DNA of 64,000 bases, taken from positions 59,584,001 to 59,648,000 of the forward strand of contig NC_058368.1 of NCBI RefSeq assembly GCF_018350175.1. Reading direction: 5' to 3'. The position numbers were made by a program, and so were the translations under genes. Shown here in pieces: positions 25,145 through 37,750 of the stretch (positions are counted from its first letter, which is position 1; each line of letters starts with the position of its first letter). The DNA is from Felis catus. Taxonomy: Eukaryota. Below the pieces are notes generated by a model that was not told where the DNA came from, did not search any database, and saw nothing but the letters and a program-made list of their open reading frames with translations.

Positions 25145-25336
25145 GAGTTGTTCTGGTATTTTAGCTGTGTCAGAATTGCCTGGAATACAATATAACACAG
25201 ATTGCTGGGCCCGGTTATTAGTTACAGAACTTCTGATTGAATATGTCTGGGCAGATGTTTAAGAATTTGTGTTTCTACCAAATTACCAGGGAATGCTTCT
25301 ACTGCTGGTCTTAGAACTGAATTTGAAAACCCACAG
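25145..25336. mobile_element. MER5A-like hAT-Charlie MITE
   Basis: aacacagattgctgggccc, aagaatttgtgtttctaccaa and ctgctggtc...tttgaaaacccacag; degenerate 8-bp TSD ttctagaa / tcctagag. Confidence 0.8.
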
Positions 25337-26199
25337 TCCTAGAGAGACCCATCACTTCCATTTCTACTAAATCTCAAACATGTATAATAATTAATGGATG
25401 CTTAACCAGTTCAGTAATTGATCTTGAGAGAGTAATCATTTTGACCAAATTAAGGACCTTCATTTATTCTTCTGCAAGGACCCTAGCCAAAATGTATGGA
25501 CAAAACAAACAAACAAACAAACAAGCACCTCTTGGTTCTTCTATTTCATATGTTCCTCTTAGGAAAATCATTATTTTAATTTCTTTTAATCCTAACATAC
25601 TTTCATAAATAGAAAGAATTTGGAGTCAGTGTCATACTAAGTTTCTAACAGTATCATTTTGCTGTAAATTGATCCTTCAGTATCTTGCATTAAACTCCTG
25701 CTTTTCCAAAATTCATGTAGTGACATCCATTATGGCTTCTCAAAAAAATATCTTGAATTATAAAATATATATGTATGGAATTTTCCCTTTTATGTTATTT
25801 CTCCTCCAGGCTATAGGTCTGTTGTCAGAAAGGTTGACAGATATATTCTAACAGTTATGAATACTGTCAAGGATCTGTTCATATTCTGCCAGAGAAATGT
25901 GTACAATAATATCTTTAAGAGACATATAATAGCTAAATGATGGCCTATAATCTTTTTTGTTATGTGTCAGTGAGTCTCACACTTTAAGGTACACACTATA
26001 TACCAGCTCAATCGCATGTGATATATATAAAGTTTGAATAGTTCTGCTCCAGTCCTGAGGATGTTCTGCCTTGGACGTAATAGTTTGTAACTCTGACCAG
26101 AAACTGCAGTGTCTGATTTGATTGCCAATTCCTTTATGACAAGCTAGAATCCAGAAAATTCTGTCTCAGAAAAGTTGCTTCATTTCTCTTTTTCTATTT

Positions 26200-26594
26200 G
26201 AGGATATGGTAGAGACTGGTAGTTTCCTCTCATATGAATAGAATTTTCTCCGTGTTCATGGCTGTCAGCATGAAGACCAAATTGGTAGAGTCATGTCATT
26301 AAATTTTTGCCAATAAGGTCTTGTCAGATATGATGTATGCAACATCCAGGTCATGCCCTTGGAAGGAATGAAAGTAGCCTTCATGTCTTATTTCCCTGTT
26401 CTATTATGACATAGATGCTGGTCAGTCTTCTTAAACCACATCTGGAAGGGTGACTAACCAGTGGTGTCTGCTCTTTGAAGAACAGAGCCATTTATGTGTT
26501 AAAATTTTTATATAGCAGAGAAACATTTTATTTGTTTAAGCTTCTGTGATTTTGGTTATCTGTTACAGAAGTAAAGCACATATTCTACTGAATA
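26200..26594 (+). mobile_element. Old MLT1 (H/I/J-like) LTR relic
   Basis: 3' end tgtttaagcttctgtgattttggttatctgttacagaag resembles the MLT1 terminus. Confidence 0.55.
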
Positions 26595-26652
26595 TTCAGG
26601 AAAACCCCATGCAAACCTACATATATCAAAAATAGTTTAAAGAAAACTATTG

Positions 26653-26757
26653 AGGGCGCCTGGTTGACTCAGTCCGTTGAACATCTAACTCTTGATTTGT
26701 ACTCAGGTCATGATTCCAGGGTTGTGGGATGGAGCACTGTGTTGGGTGTTGTGCTGA
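26653..26757 (+). mobile_element. Can-SINE 5' half only (3' part missing)
   Basis: Head agggcgcctggttgactcagt present; stops abruptly after gtgctga with no CT tract or tail. Confidence 0.85.
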
Positions 26758-26924
26758 AATTACATGTTGAATTGTGAATTCAAAAAGAATGGGTTAAGAC
26801 TCAATGTCTAAATTATTTTTTTATAAATTACTTTATGTAATAATGTTTTGTATTTTTATAGTAAATTTAGTAGGAAGAATATAATTGCCTATCAAATCTC
26901 TATAAGTACATTATGTAAGATTAT

Positions 26925-27170
26925 GTAGGTAGTGGCAAATATCCGTTTCCAGAGCCATACTGCCTGGATTGAAATCCTAGTCCCAATTACTTAAGAGCCG
27001 TATGACCTAGGAATCATTACGTAGTCTGTCTTGCCTTGGTTTCCTCATCTACATCTATAAAATTAAGATTATAGTGTCTTCTTTCTGTATTCATTTTGAT
27101 AATTAAATAAGGTCAACACATATAATACATACATTAGTGTATGGCAGGTAATGACATATTAGTATCATCA
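26925..27170 (+). mobile_element. MIR SINE relic
   Basis: ctgcctggattgaaatcctagtccc...tgacctagg...ccttggtttcctcatct core. Confidence 0.75.
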
Positions 27171-28046
27171 TTTCCATTAAAAAAGTTCTCTGGTTATGTA
27201 CTGACATTACATTTTTTTTCAGAGTATTAGAAAAATATTGTCTCAAACATCCAATTGTGTACCTATGATTCCCATGTCTTCCCTACAATTTCAGATAATT
27301 CTTAAGCTCAAGTTTCATGTTTTCAGTTCTGAAATATGTGTTTTAATGTTAATGCTAGCCAGTAAACCCATTTGAAAATAAGTATTCTTTTTCCCTAAAA
27401 AAATAAAGCCATACTTGTAGAAGTTAAGTTCAATACACCTTACCAATATTTGAATAGTTTTGAGGAGATATTCTCCCCCTTTCCAAGTATTTCACTACCC
27501 AAAGAATTCTGAACCTTTCATTCTGTTTCTTTACCTAAGTGCATACTTCTGATCCATGACACTTTGAATCATTCATTCCTCACTAGGTTGGTAATCCACG
27601 GCCCACAGTGACTGGTTTTGGTTTTATAGCTGGTATAATTTAAAGAAGATCTCCTGAATTCTCCATCCACATCCTGCATATCCATACATGAAAATTTGAA
27701 ACATCATCATCATATGTTTTGAGGGAGGCATTATTATTATTATAATCAAACAGGTGACCTTTAATCAGATATTTAACTTCATTTCTTCTACTGTGTATTG
27801 GAAATAATAGTTGTAGAGAGAGTCATATAAGTCAAAATCTGTGACACATATAGTAAGAGTTATATAATGTTATTATCATCATTATGATGATCACTATTTT
27901 ACAAAAAGAACATTGAAGCAGAAATGCATTTAATGATAAGTTAATAAGTCTATATTTGAACAAAGTCTGGCCTCAGGAAATACTTTTAAACATTGTGTTG
28001 TCTGATAAAAGCATTTTCTCATTAAATTAATATCCAGCTTTCATTT

Positions 28047-28150
28047 TTTATTTCAAGTTTTTATTTAAATATATTTAGTTAATATATATGGTAAAATGGT
28101 TTCAGGTATAGAATTTAGTTATTCATCACTTACGTGCAACACCCAGTTAT
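28047..28150 (-). mobile_element. Very short 5'-truncated carnivore L1 (3' tip)
   Basis: ggtttcaggtatagaatttagttattcatcacttac; TSD tatccagctttcattt (28031-28046) / tattcagctttcattt (28151-28166). Confidence 0.85.
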
Positions 28151-29854
28151 TATTCAGCTTTCATTTAAAAATAAAAACAAACTGATTGCAATCTTTACGT
28201 TGTAAAGGCCAGTGAGTTCTTGGTTGTTGTTTATCTGGCAATGGTACTATTTAGTTTTACTGATTTCTCTCACACATAGTTTGCTTGCTTCTTGCTTTAC
28301 AAACCATGTTACCAATCCCACATACCTTAATTATTGTATTATCATGCCCTTACTAAAAAATGAATCTAATGAAAAGAATCTAAAATAATATGCTTCCTAT
28401 ATCAACAGATGCATTTTTCCAAAATGTCACAAAAATAGTATTCTATTTAATTTAATGCAAAGATTCTCTATGCATTGCTACAACATTTTTTCTTGCTATA
28501 ATGAACTCTGTGTCAAAGGTGCATGCACTGTGTGTGACTTATGTTCTCTGTATATGTAGAAATAAGACTCAATTTTGAAATGTCAATGATAAAGTCTGTA
28601 GGTCATCACTTATTTTGTAAATTATAGTGTACCAGCTTCTCAGCATTAGTAAGTTAGTATCTTAATAATAACCTGCCAATACTGAATGTTTATATTTGTG
28701 TATAATTAATTTTCAAAAATAAAGACTAAATATCTTTAATTTCAATTTAGAAAGAAATGTTTCATTAACATTTGAAGGTAATTTTAATTAAAAAATATAA
28801 AAGAATAGTTTGCCAGAGTACATAATCATATACACCATAACTAAAGTGAAAACTGGCAAAATAATAACTCATTTACTTGAGACAATATTTCTAATTTTAT
28901 TCAACCTAAGATAATGTATATTATATACTTGAAAACAAGGTCTAGTACTCATTTTCGTATTTTTAACATTGAGATTTGCTTTCTTCGTTTTACTTTAAAT
29001 ATTGCATTGGTATCCATTACTGTTTCCTATTTTTACATATATGAATGTATTGCATTTTTATGTTTCGGGATTTATTTCCTTCCATACCTTTTAAACAAAA
29101 TTCAACTATAAACAAATTACAACTCACAAATAATCAGTACATATCAGGTTTTGTTTTATTATTTTTAACATTTTTTTGGTCATGATTTTAACATGTTTTT
29201 GAAGGTCAAGTTTTTATTTTTACCATTGGTTTCTGATTCATCTTTTTATATTATTTTGTTTTCAGGTACATTAAAATATTCTGCAATAAATCAATATATT
29301 TTCACTTTTCCCTATCAACTGGTACTCTAAGGAGTGATTACAAAATAGTTTCTTAGATTCTTGAGACCTAATCTGTTCTTACATTTAACTCACCATATAA
29401 ACATCTGAATGATGGTCTAGAACAGAAAACTGTTACATGCATTGACTAGGCCCTAAAAAGAGCAGTTTCTTCCTTTTTCTGTTTTTTTTTTTTTGTTTGT
29501 TTGTTTGTTTTCAAAATGCTGGAAAATATTGGTGAGTTAATTATACACTGTTCTATCACATCATACTAAATACTCTTAAGTCCATATAATACAAAGAGCT
29601 AACTACATGCATGCTCATGTATCTCTTTTCTTGGAAGAAAATGTCTTGTATTTACTGAACAGATTCACAAGTCACATGATAGTTTCAACAATAGAAACTT
29701 CCTCAGTAGTGCTAATTAATTAGTGACATGATAGCCCATGACATGGGGTACTCAGTTCAGAAAAGTAATAAGACTTGTACACTGTCTACATTGCATGCAA
29801 TCTCAGTGAATTTTATTCTCTCCTTCTGATTTAAGTGCTTATAAGGAGTTCAAA

Positions 29855-30000
29855 GGCAGTGTAGTGCCATGGTTGGGAGATTGAGCACTAGAGTCTGGTT
29901 TTGTCCAGCTCTACTTTTTACAAGCTATTTCATTGTAGGGAAGTAAATTAATCATAACTGGACCTTATTTTTCTCATCTATGTAACAAAAGAAATTATCA
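29855..30000 (+). mobile_element. MIR relic
   Basis: ggcagtgtagtgccatggttgggag...gggaagtaaattaatc...ccttatttttctcatctat. Confidence 0.65.
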
Positions 30001-30054
30001 ACACCGTGGAGTTTGGTAGTGGGGGGTAAAATAAAAAAAAAAGCGCCTTTCAGG

Positions 30055-30500
30055 ATGTGATCTTGCCTTTGTGACATGGGTGGACCTAGAGGGTATAAGT
30101 GAAATAATTCAGACTAAGAAAGACAAAGCCATATAATTTTACTTATATATGGAATCTATAAAACAAAACAAATGAATAAACCAGAAAATAATAACCAGAA
30201 AAAGACCTATAAATACAGAGGACAAACTGATGGTTGCCAGAGGGGAGGGTGATGTGGCAAGGTGGGGGAAATGGGTGAAGGGGATTGGTAGATACAACCT
30301 TCAAGTTATGGAAAGAGTAAGTCATGGGGATAAAAATACAACATTAGGAATACAGTCAATGATATTGTAATAGTGTATGGTGGCAAAGGGAAGCTGCACT
30401 TGTGGTGAGCATAGCATAGCATGTTGAGTTGTTGAATCACTATGTTGTACGCTTGAAACTAAGGTAACATTGTGTGTCAGGTGCACTCAAACTTAAAAAG
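30055..30500 (+). mobile_element. L1 3' UTR (L1MA9/L1_Carn-like)
   Basis: catgggtggacctagagggtat, acaaactgatggttgccagagggg, gaatcactatgttgtac. Confidence 0.88.
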
Positions 30501-30529
30501 GGAAATAAGAAACCCTGTAAGAAATTCTT

Positions 30530-31940
30530 GGATTTTCTGAACTCCAGTTCCAAAGAGTTCAGAAGTCTTCACATACATTCTCACAAGAAAAAGCTGAATA
30601 AGCTGAAAATCAATGAATTTCTTAGACTTGTGATAGAATTGCGGTAACGAGGAAAACTACTGTCCCCAAATTTGTAGAAACAGCCATTTAGAAAGTCACA
30701 GATTAGAATTGTCTCACTGGAGAAGAATCCTTTGGAAGCACAGACTGGGAAGAAATGTACATGGTGATTTTGACAAAATGCTGTAAGGTAATTGGGGAAT
30801 TAGTGGAGAGTGAAAATTTTGGAGGCTTTAGTCTTACAGGGCCACTCCTAGACTTTTGTGGGTTTTACCTTCTGGTACCTTACCACATTCTCACAGTCAG
30901 TGAAAAGCCAATAAAAATTTCGTCATGGCCCTAGTAGGGAAAGAGAAAGAGGAATCACTAGGAAACACTACCAGAGCATTCTCCATAAAATGACACACTC
31001 TCCAGGGAAAAGGACTTTACCAGGGTATTATATGACTTGAAAGGTGGATATTCTCCCACCCTAGTGCCCTCAGGCTTTTTATGTATTATGTGAGAAGGAA
31101 AAAAATATTAAAAAACACCGAAGGTCACAGAAGCTCAGTAAATATGGAAATTTTATCACAAGGGTATAGAATATTTTCCTTCCTTTCCCCCTTACAAACC
31201 TCACCAATAGAATTCTAGTATCAATGAATTACAGAGGTGAAAGAGCTGCCAAATGCAGATGTAAGAATACTTAAGGAAATCCTAAGTCAATAGAGGAGAC
31301 AAAATCAGAATGGAGAGGAGTTCGAGGCCCCTGGCATCTGTAAGCCAAATAAACATAAAACCTTTGACTAAAAGTCTATTTATCTCAGTTCCTATGATCT
31401 AATAATATCATGTCTAGCTTGCAACAACAACAAAAAAATAAAGGAAATGTAAAAGAGAAGATAAAAATAAGTTGAAGAAACAAAGCAAATGTGAGACATG
31501 TTCTGATATGACATAGATGTTGAAACTGTGACGGAAAATTTTAAATAATTTAAAATGTAAAATGATTACTATGTTAAGAAACATATTGGAAAACATATAC
31601 AGCAAGTGTGTAATGGGAGCAAAAAGAGAAACCTGTGAGAAAGAATCAAAGGGAAATGCAAGAAACCAAAACCCATCATGACAGAAATACATAAAAACTA
31701 CAATAAAATCCTCATGAGAAACCATGCAAACAAGAGGAGAGGGGAGTGAAATATATGAGCTGTATTATATATCCAGTGAAATGATCCTAAAGATTTAAGG
31801 AGAGGTGTGCCTGGGTGACTCAATTGGTTAACCATTACCCTTGATTTCAGCTCAGGTCATGATCTCAGGGTCATGTGATTGAGCCCCACACTGGGCACCA
31901 TGCTGGGCATGGAGCCTGCTTAAGAGTCTGTCTCTCTTCC

Positions 31941-31995
<55 letters not shown>

Positions 31996-32060
31996 AAAAA
32001 AAAAAAAAGTGAAGGAGGAACAAAAGTCCAGTGAAGAATTCATTATCGTCTAACTTGCCA
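30530..32060 (+). mobile_element. Ancient L1MC-like 5' UTR/ORF1 relic (SINE-interrupted)
   Basis: cacaagaaaaagctgaataagctgaaaatcaa and gatatgacatagatgttgaaact resemble L1MC 5' end/ORF1 from recall. Confidence 0.55.
31803..32005 (+). mobile_element. Can-SINE
   Basis: Head ggtgtgcctgggtgactca, long (CT)n, poly-A. Confidence 0.95.
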
Positions 32061-32069
32061 TGGTAGGAA

Positions 32070-33390
32070 CAAAATGGTGGTACAGCCACCTTAGAAGACA
32101 GTTTGGCAGTTTCTTTTACTGATATATATATACTCTATATATTCTCTCAGCATATGATGTATCTACTCTACTCCTGAATATTTAACCAAGTGATTTGAGA
32201 AGTTATGTTTACACAAAAACCTATCCACAAACCTAAGTGGTTTGTAGCCACTTTAGTCATAAATGCCCAAAACTGGAAATAAACAAGATGTGCTTCAATA
32301 GGTAAATGGACTAACAAATTGTACATAAATACTATGGACTATTGTTCAACAATAAAGTTAATAATACATCAAACCACAAAAGACATGGAGAAATCTTAAA
32401 AGCGCATTGTTAACTGAAAGAAGCAAGTCAGAAAAGAATTCAAGACTACATACTGTATGATTTCAATCTTAGGACATTCTGGAAAGGCAAAACTATAAAG
32501 ATGTTAAGATCAAAGGTTGCCAGAGTTACGGGAGGAGTACAGAAGTTTGAACAGGTGAAGCACAGCAGAAGTATTAATCCTGCCAGTAGTACTATTCTGT
32601 TATATATTCTGTAATGGTGGATAAATGACACTATGCATTTGTCAAAACCCATTGGACTTTTCAGCACAGAAAAATCTTAGTTTAAGGAAAATTAAAAAGA
32701 ATAAAGAAGGTTGGGAGATCGCAGGGATGAATGAAACTAGGAGAAAAGAATTTATATTATAAATTCAAGAAATAGCATCACTGCCGGGGTTGGGTAATGG
32801 TGTGGGCATAAGTAACTTTGGCAATGAGTGGAACCAAACTAAAACCAAAAGAATTGTAATCTAGTTGATATAGAGATTTACTATAGGTGTATAAGCTGAC
32901 AATTTTGATACTACTATACATGCATGCTGAAATTGAACAATTTTATAAAAGAATGGCTGGTGATAGGAGCCAGGTTTCTCACTATTGGTGTCAAGATTTA
33001 CAAAAAAAAAGGTGGGGGGGGGAGAAGTAGAGGCTAAGATAATCCACGTAATCGTGGATTCAAGTTTGATATGTCAGAATAAACTTATCTTTATGTTAAT
33101 ATACATGCAGATGTTTAAAAATAGCAATATTGATATATATGTATATGTACAATTTAGATCATACACATAATCCATTGCTCTCTTCTCAAAATCTAGAAGC
33201 AATGGCAATCAAAGAGCAAGGAACACACAATGCACACAGCACACCCACATTTTAGGTTTCAATGGCATTCTCCATTCAGCCAATTGAAAGGGCACATAGA
33301 ACAGAGGCCATTGGTAGAGTAACAAAGTAAAAAGTATTGGATTGTATTTCAAAGTATAAAATAAATGTGTGGTATTATGCATACTGGTAT
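32070..33390 (+). mobile_element. L1MC-like ORF2 end plus long 3' UTR
   Basis: ggtacagccaccttagaagacagtttggcagtttctt, ctggaaaggcaaaactata, tgcatttgtcaaaacccat, ggagccaggtttctcact. Confidence 0.75.
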
Positions 33391-33872
33391 CTCAGGTACA
33401 TGTCCTAAATTCCATTAGAGGTATTTTCTTCTTTTATTTTAAATAAACGTATATTTGTGGAGGAAAATAATACAATTAAGATTAACATTGATTACAAATG
33501 TAAATAGCACTATGCATGGGAAAGTACAAGAATTAGTAAAAATAGCATCATGTATTCTAAGTAATTAGGACCATTTAAAAAATTTTAATTGCTACCAATA
33601 AGCTTTTAAAATGAAACACATTCTCACAATTTTGTTCATGTTAATTTGTAACACATCTGCTGAAACAAAATCCTCAAAGCTGTCACAGACAAGTTATGTT
33701 AATTTTAAAGAAGATATTTTCCAGATATCATAAGACATTAAGTATTTATATGAAAGTAATAATTGTTATGAATAAATATCCTTGATGTTCAGTATAATTG
33801 ATAGATTTTTAGAGTAATTTCTGCAATTTTATTTTTTTTAGAGCTGGACAAGGAAAATAGAAAATAGTGATT

Positions 33873-33875
<3 letters not shown>

Positions 33876-33903
<28 letters not shown>

Positions 33904-34088
33904 TGGGACAGAGAGAGACAGAGCATGAACGGGGGAGGGGCAGAGAGAGAGAGACACACAGAATCGGAAACAGGCTCCAGGCTCTGAGCCATCAGCCCAG
34001 AGCCTGACGCGGGGCTCGAACTCACGGACCGCGAGATCGTGACCTGGCTGAAGTCGGATGCTTAACCGACTGCGCCCCCCGGTGCCCC
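33876..34088 (-). mobile_element. Young SINEC_Fc
   Basis: CpG-rich body; perfect 16-bp TSD gaaaatagtgattttt (33860-33875 / 34089-34104). Confidence 0.97.
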
Positions 34089-35689
34089 GAAAATAGTGAT
34101 TTTTAATTAATAAAGTGTAGTAATTTAGGCATCTAGCTGTGAGTATTTAAAAAGTTTAATTAAAATGCTTATATAAATTTCAACTTTGTTTTTAGAAGCT
34201 GTGGAGTTTTTATTTGATAAGATTAAAATATTGAAGTTACCAAAAAATAATATCCTTGAACAAGAATAAGAAAATGCTGTGTTTTGGAAAGCTTTTCATT
34301 GCTGAATATCTACTTTACAACAGTAGGGCATGGTGAAAACTTAAGAAGTATTGAAAGCTTACAAACACTATGGTTTCAGGCAAGATGATCATAAAGAGAA
34401 TAGAATTGGCACTTGTCTGGGATTTAATACATCAAGTAACATCAAAGAGTTAGTCCTAAGAAAATAGCACAATATGACCAAAAACGATCTCTGTAAATAT
34501 TTTAAAGTATAGAAATTGTGGCATCCAGCAAATTTGAACTCCTGTTTTCACTTTTGTAAAGGTTTTGTTTTTTATGAAGATATGTTGAAGTGTAGACAGT
34601 ATCCGATCTTTCGATTTATCTTGATATTTTTCAAGTGTAAATGAAGTAAAGGAAGAGATTAAGCATGGTGAAATGAGACCAAGAAAAAAAATCATATTAG
34701 ACTTAAACCATGGGCTCTCACAATAATGTAGATTCTAGTATATGAATAAAGTTGGTGCAGATTTAGACCATGAAACAAAATAAATATTTGAGTACTGTGT
34801 GAGTTATAGTTTGTTTTTTACTTGCGGGTTTGAAATACCTGATCAGTACAGTTTCATTTCATTAACTAAAAGATATATGCATTGTACTATTAAAGATAAC
34901 TGTTCAATAAAAGATCGAAAGTGGTGCAGCAGGCTCGAACGCACTAAAAGAGACAGTGTGAAGTGTATAAAAATTATTACAATAACCTCTTGCAAGGTTA
35001 TTTTCCTTTCCCCCTCTTGCTGAATTTAATATATCAAATACTTTAAAATGTCCACATCAAATTATGCTATTAAATAAATAAGCAAGCTCCATTTCTATAA
35101 TCTATTTCAGGTCAGACAAATATGGTATTTCTTTGATAATAGGTTAATATAGCAAATAATTTTCAGTGAATTCTCAGAAATAATAGCTATTTTTGTTTTA
35201 CCTTCTTTCTTTCCACTACCTACACTATAGCAATACTGAAAGTGAAAATGAAAAGGACAGAGGAGAAAGATTCATAGCGAGTATTTAGAAATACAAGTTA
35301 TAATTTTAGCTCATTTTAATGTGTAAATGAAAAATAACAAAGATTGAGAAGTGCTCAGAATACTAGATGAAAATGGTAAAAGAGTAAATACCTCTACCAG
35401 CTGTCTAAATGAAAATTTATTATAATCTCAAGCATCAAGTAAGTTAACTGGTCCTTCATTCTAGGAATATAACCATTTAAACAAGAGTGCTGGAGAGGCT
35501 AAAATGTTAGGAATTCACTAAAGGTATTTTAAAATCAGCCCAAATTTACATAAAATAAAACAAGAAGGATTTGAGAGAATAATAATGTTTCAAGAGAGTT
35601 ATAAGTAAGAGTGCAGATTAAGTCACTTAAAGATCTATATACAAAGGTGTATTTGGGTAGGAGCATCTGTTAGGACATACAACACATGT

Positions 35690-36430
35690 TGTGCTTTATG
35701 GTATGGTATAGACAGTAGTTTAGATTTTTCCAAGCAAGCAGATGATTTTTTAAAGTGTGATCTCATTGTCAATGGAAAGCTGTAGAACAGTGAATGTGGA
35801 CAAACAACTTGAAACAAACAAAAAGATGCATTTCCATACACTCTACTGAAAAAAGAAGCCATCCAGAAAAGATTACTTACCATACAATTTCATCTATAAG
35901 AAACAGAAATGTTTGCATTTTTGCAAGAAAAATATATGCAGAATTTTCATAGGAGCAATAGTGCTAGTAAATCTAAACTGTACAGATGCCAATGTCAATC
36001 AAACCAATTCCTCAGGAGAAATTTCTGTGGAAAATGGCAAGGCTAATCTAATATTTCTATGAAATGTAAAGGAACACCAATAGCCAGAAATATTGTTGAG
36101 GTGAAGAATGATTTAGAGTGTTTTACATCAACATAATTTTGGGGGGGAAACCCTTAATTATGGCAATAAAGAAATTAAGACATTATGGTTTTATGCAGTA
36201 ATTGGCAAATTAACCAGTGGAAATGATACATGCATAAAAGAACTGACCCAGTTGGCACTGGAAAACAGTAAGGAAATGAAAAGCTATCAAATAAATTGTG
36301 TTGGATTTGTTGGGTTATTAATATTAAGGAAGAAGAGAACATAATCATATCATTGTCCATAAACAAAATCAATTCCAGGTAAATTGTAGATTAAAATGTG
36401 AAAGGTTAAATCATATAGACTTGGAAATTA
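35690..36430 (+). mobile_element. Very old L1 (L1ME-like) fragments
   Basis: aaatgtaaaggaacaccaatagccagaaa and taaccagtggaa resemble L1 ORF2; 3' UTR-like piece at ~35840-35900. Confidence 0.5.
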
Positions 36431-37346
36431 ATGTAGGAAGATATCCTCTATTTTACCATTTTGTGATATTGCTTAATGGTCCTATAAAATAATAGATGTA
36501 AAAAAAAAAAGAATGTTCTTTAGGGAAAAAAAGAGAATAACATACAACAATTTATAACATAGAATTATATCCCAAAAATATCAAGCCCTTGAAGTAGAAA
36601 AATAAGTACATATTCATACATTAAAAAACACATTGACTTCAAATATGTTATTTTTGGGAAAGATCTCATTTTAAGACACCCTCTAGCAAAATGAAAATAG
36701 AACCTAAATAAGAAGTAGTCGTAGTTTCAAGGAGAGTGTAATTACACAAAGAGGACAGTGACAGCCATCCCAGAATAAGTGTCCTTTCTGCTAAAAATAC
36801 AAATCAGAATAGACTATATATTTTCACATATAGTAGTAGTAACGGATTGGAATTTATAAACTATACGTTCATGCAGATTGAAAGATGGTGATGTAAACTT
36901 GGTTAAAGGAACTATATAAGAAATTGATGGCTCAGAGGTGAAGCAAACTAACTTACAGAATATTTCTCAGAATTCTTTTGACTTGTAAGAGAAGAGAAAG
37001 CTTTTGATTTGTATGCTTCAATTTTCTCCTCTGAGAGTCATTTTTCATGATAATCACTTTATTTATGGATCCAGTAAAACCATGTACTGGTTGATAATTT
37101 CATAAACTGAAGCATGTAATCACTGTTATCAATTTTTGTAATTTACATAACAGTAAAGCACAGAAGAATTAATCAATTTTAGAAGAATAAATCTAATAAA
37201 AATGGATAAGAAAAATTAATATCATAATTAATAATTTGGAAATATGGGAGATACAAAAAGTAAGGGGAGGGTAAAGAGCAAAACTTTTCTCATATATATC
37301 AGGATACTTAAATATGGTTCTCAAATGCAATTTTAAAAGGTATTAT

Positions 37347-37538
37347 GTGGGCGCCTGGATGGCTCAGTCAGTTAGGCATTAGACTTTTGATTTTGGCTCA
37401 GGTCATGATCTCACAGGTTTGTGAGATTGAGCCCCATGGCGGCTCCACACTTCAGCATGGGGCCTGCTTGGGATTCTTTCCCTCTCCCTCTCTTTCTGCC
37501 TCTCTCTCTCTCTTAGAAAAATAATAGTTAAAAAAAAA
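37347..37538 (+). mobile_element. Can-SINE
   Basis: Head gtgggcgcctggatggctcagt; short TSD aaaaggta. Confidence 0.95.
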
Positions 37539-37584
37539 AGGTAAATAGAAATTGAGATATGAGTCTCTGTTCCCAAAGTAACAA

Positions 37585-37628
<44 letters not shown>

Positions 37629-37750
37629 GTATATACGTATATATATACACACATGTATACACACATACGTATATACGTGTATATATATACACACACGTAT
37701 ATATACGTATGTATATATTTTATATTTTAACAAATATATATATATATATA
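37585..37750. repeat. Compound (TA)n/(CA)n/TACG microsatellite
   Basis: Direct reading. Confidence 0.95.

Noticed and set aside
34921..34944. gttcga-containing segment resembling a tRNA 3' end on the minus strand
   Set aside because: T-stem does not pair and there is no cloverleaf
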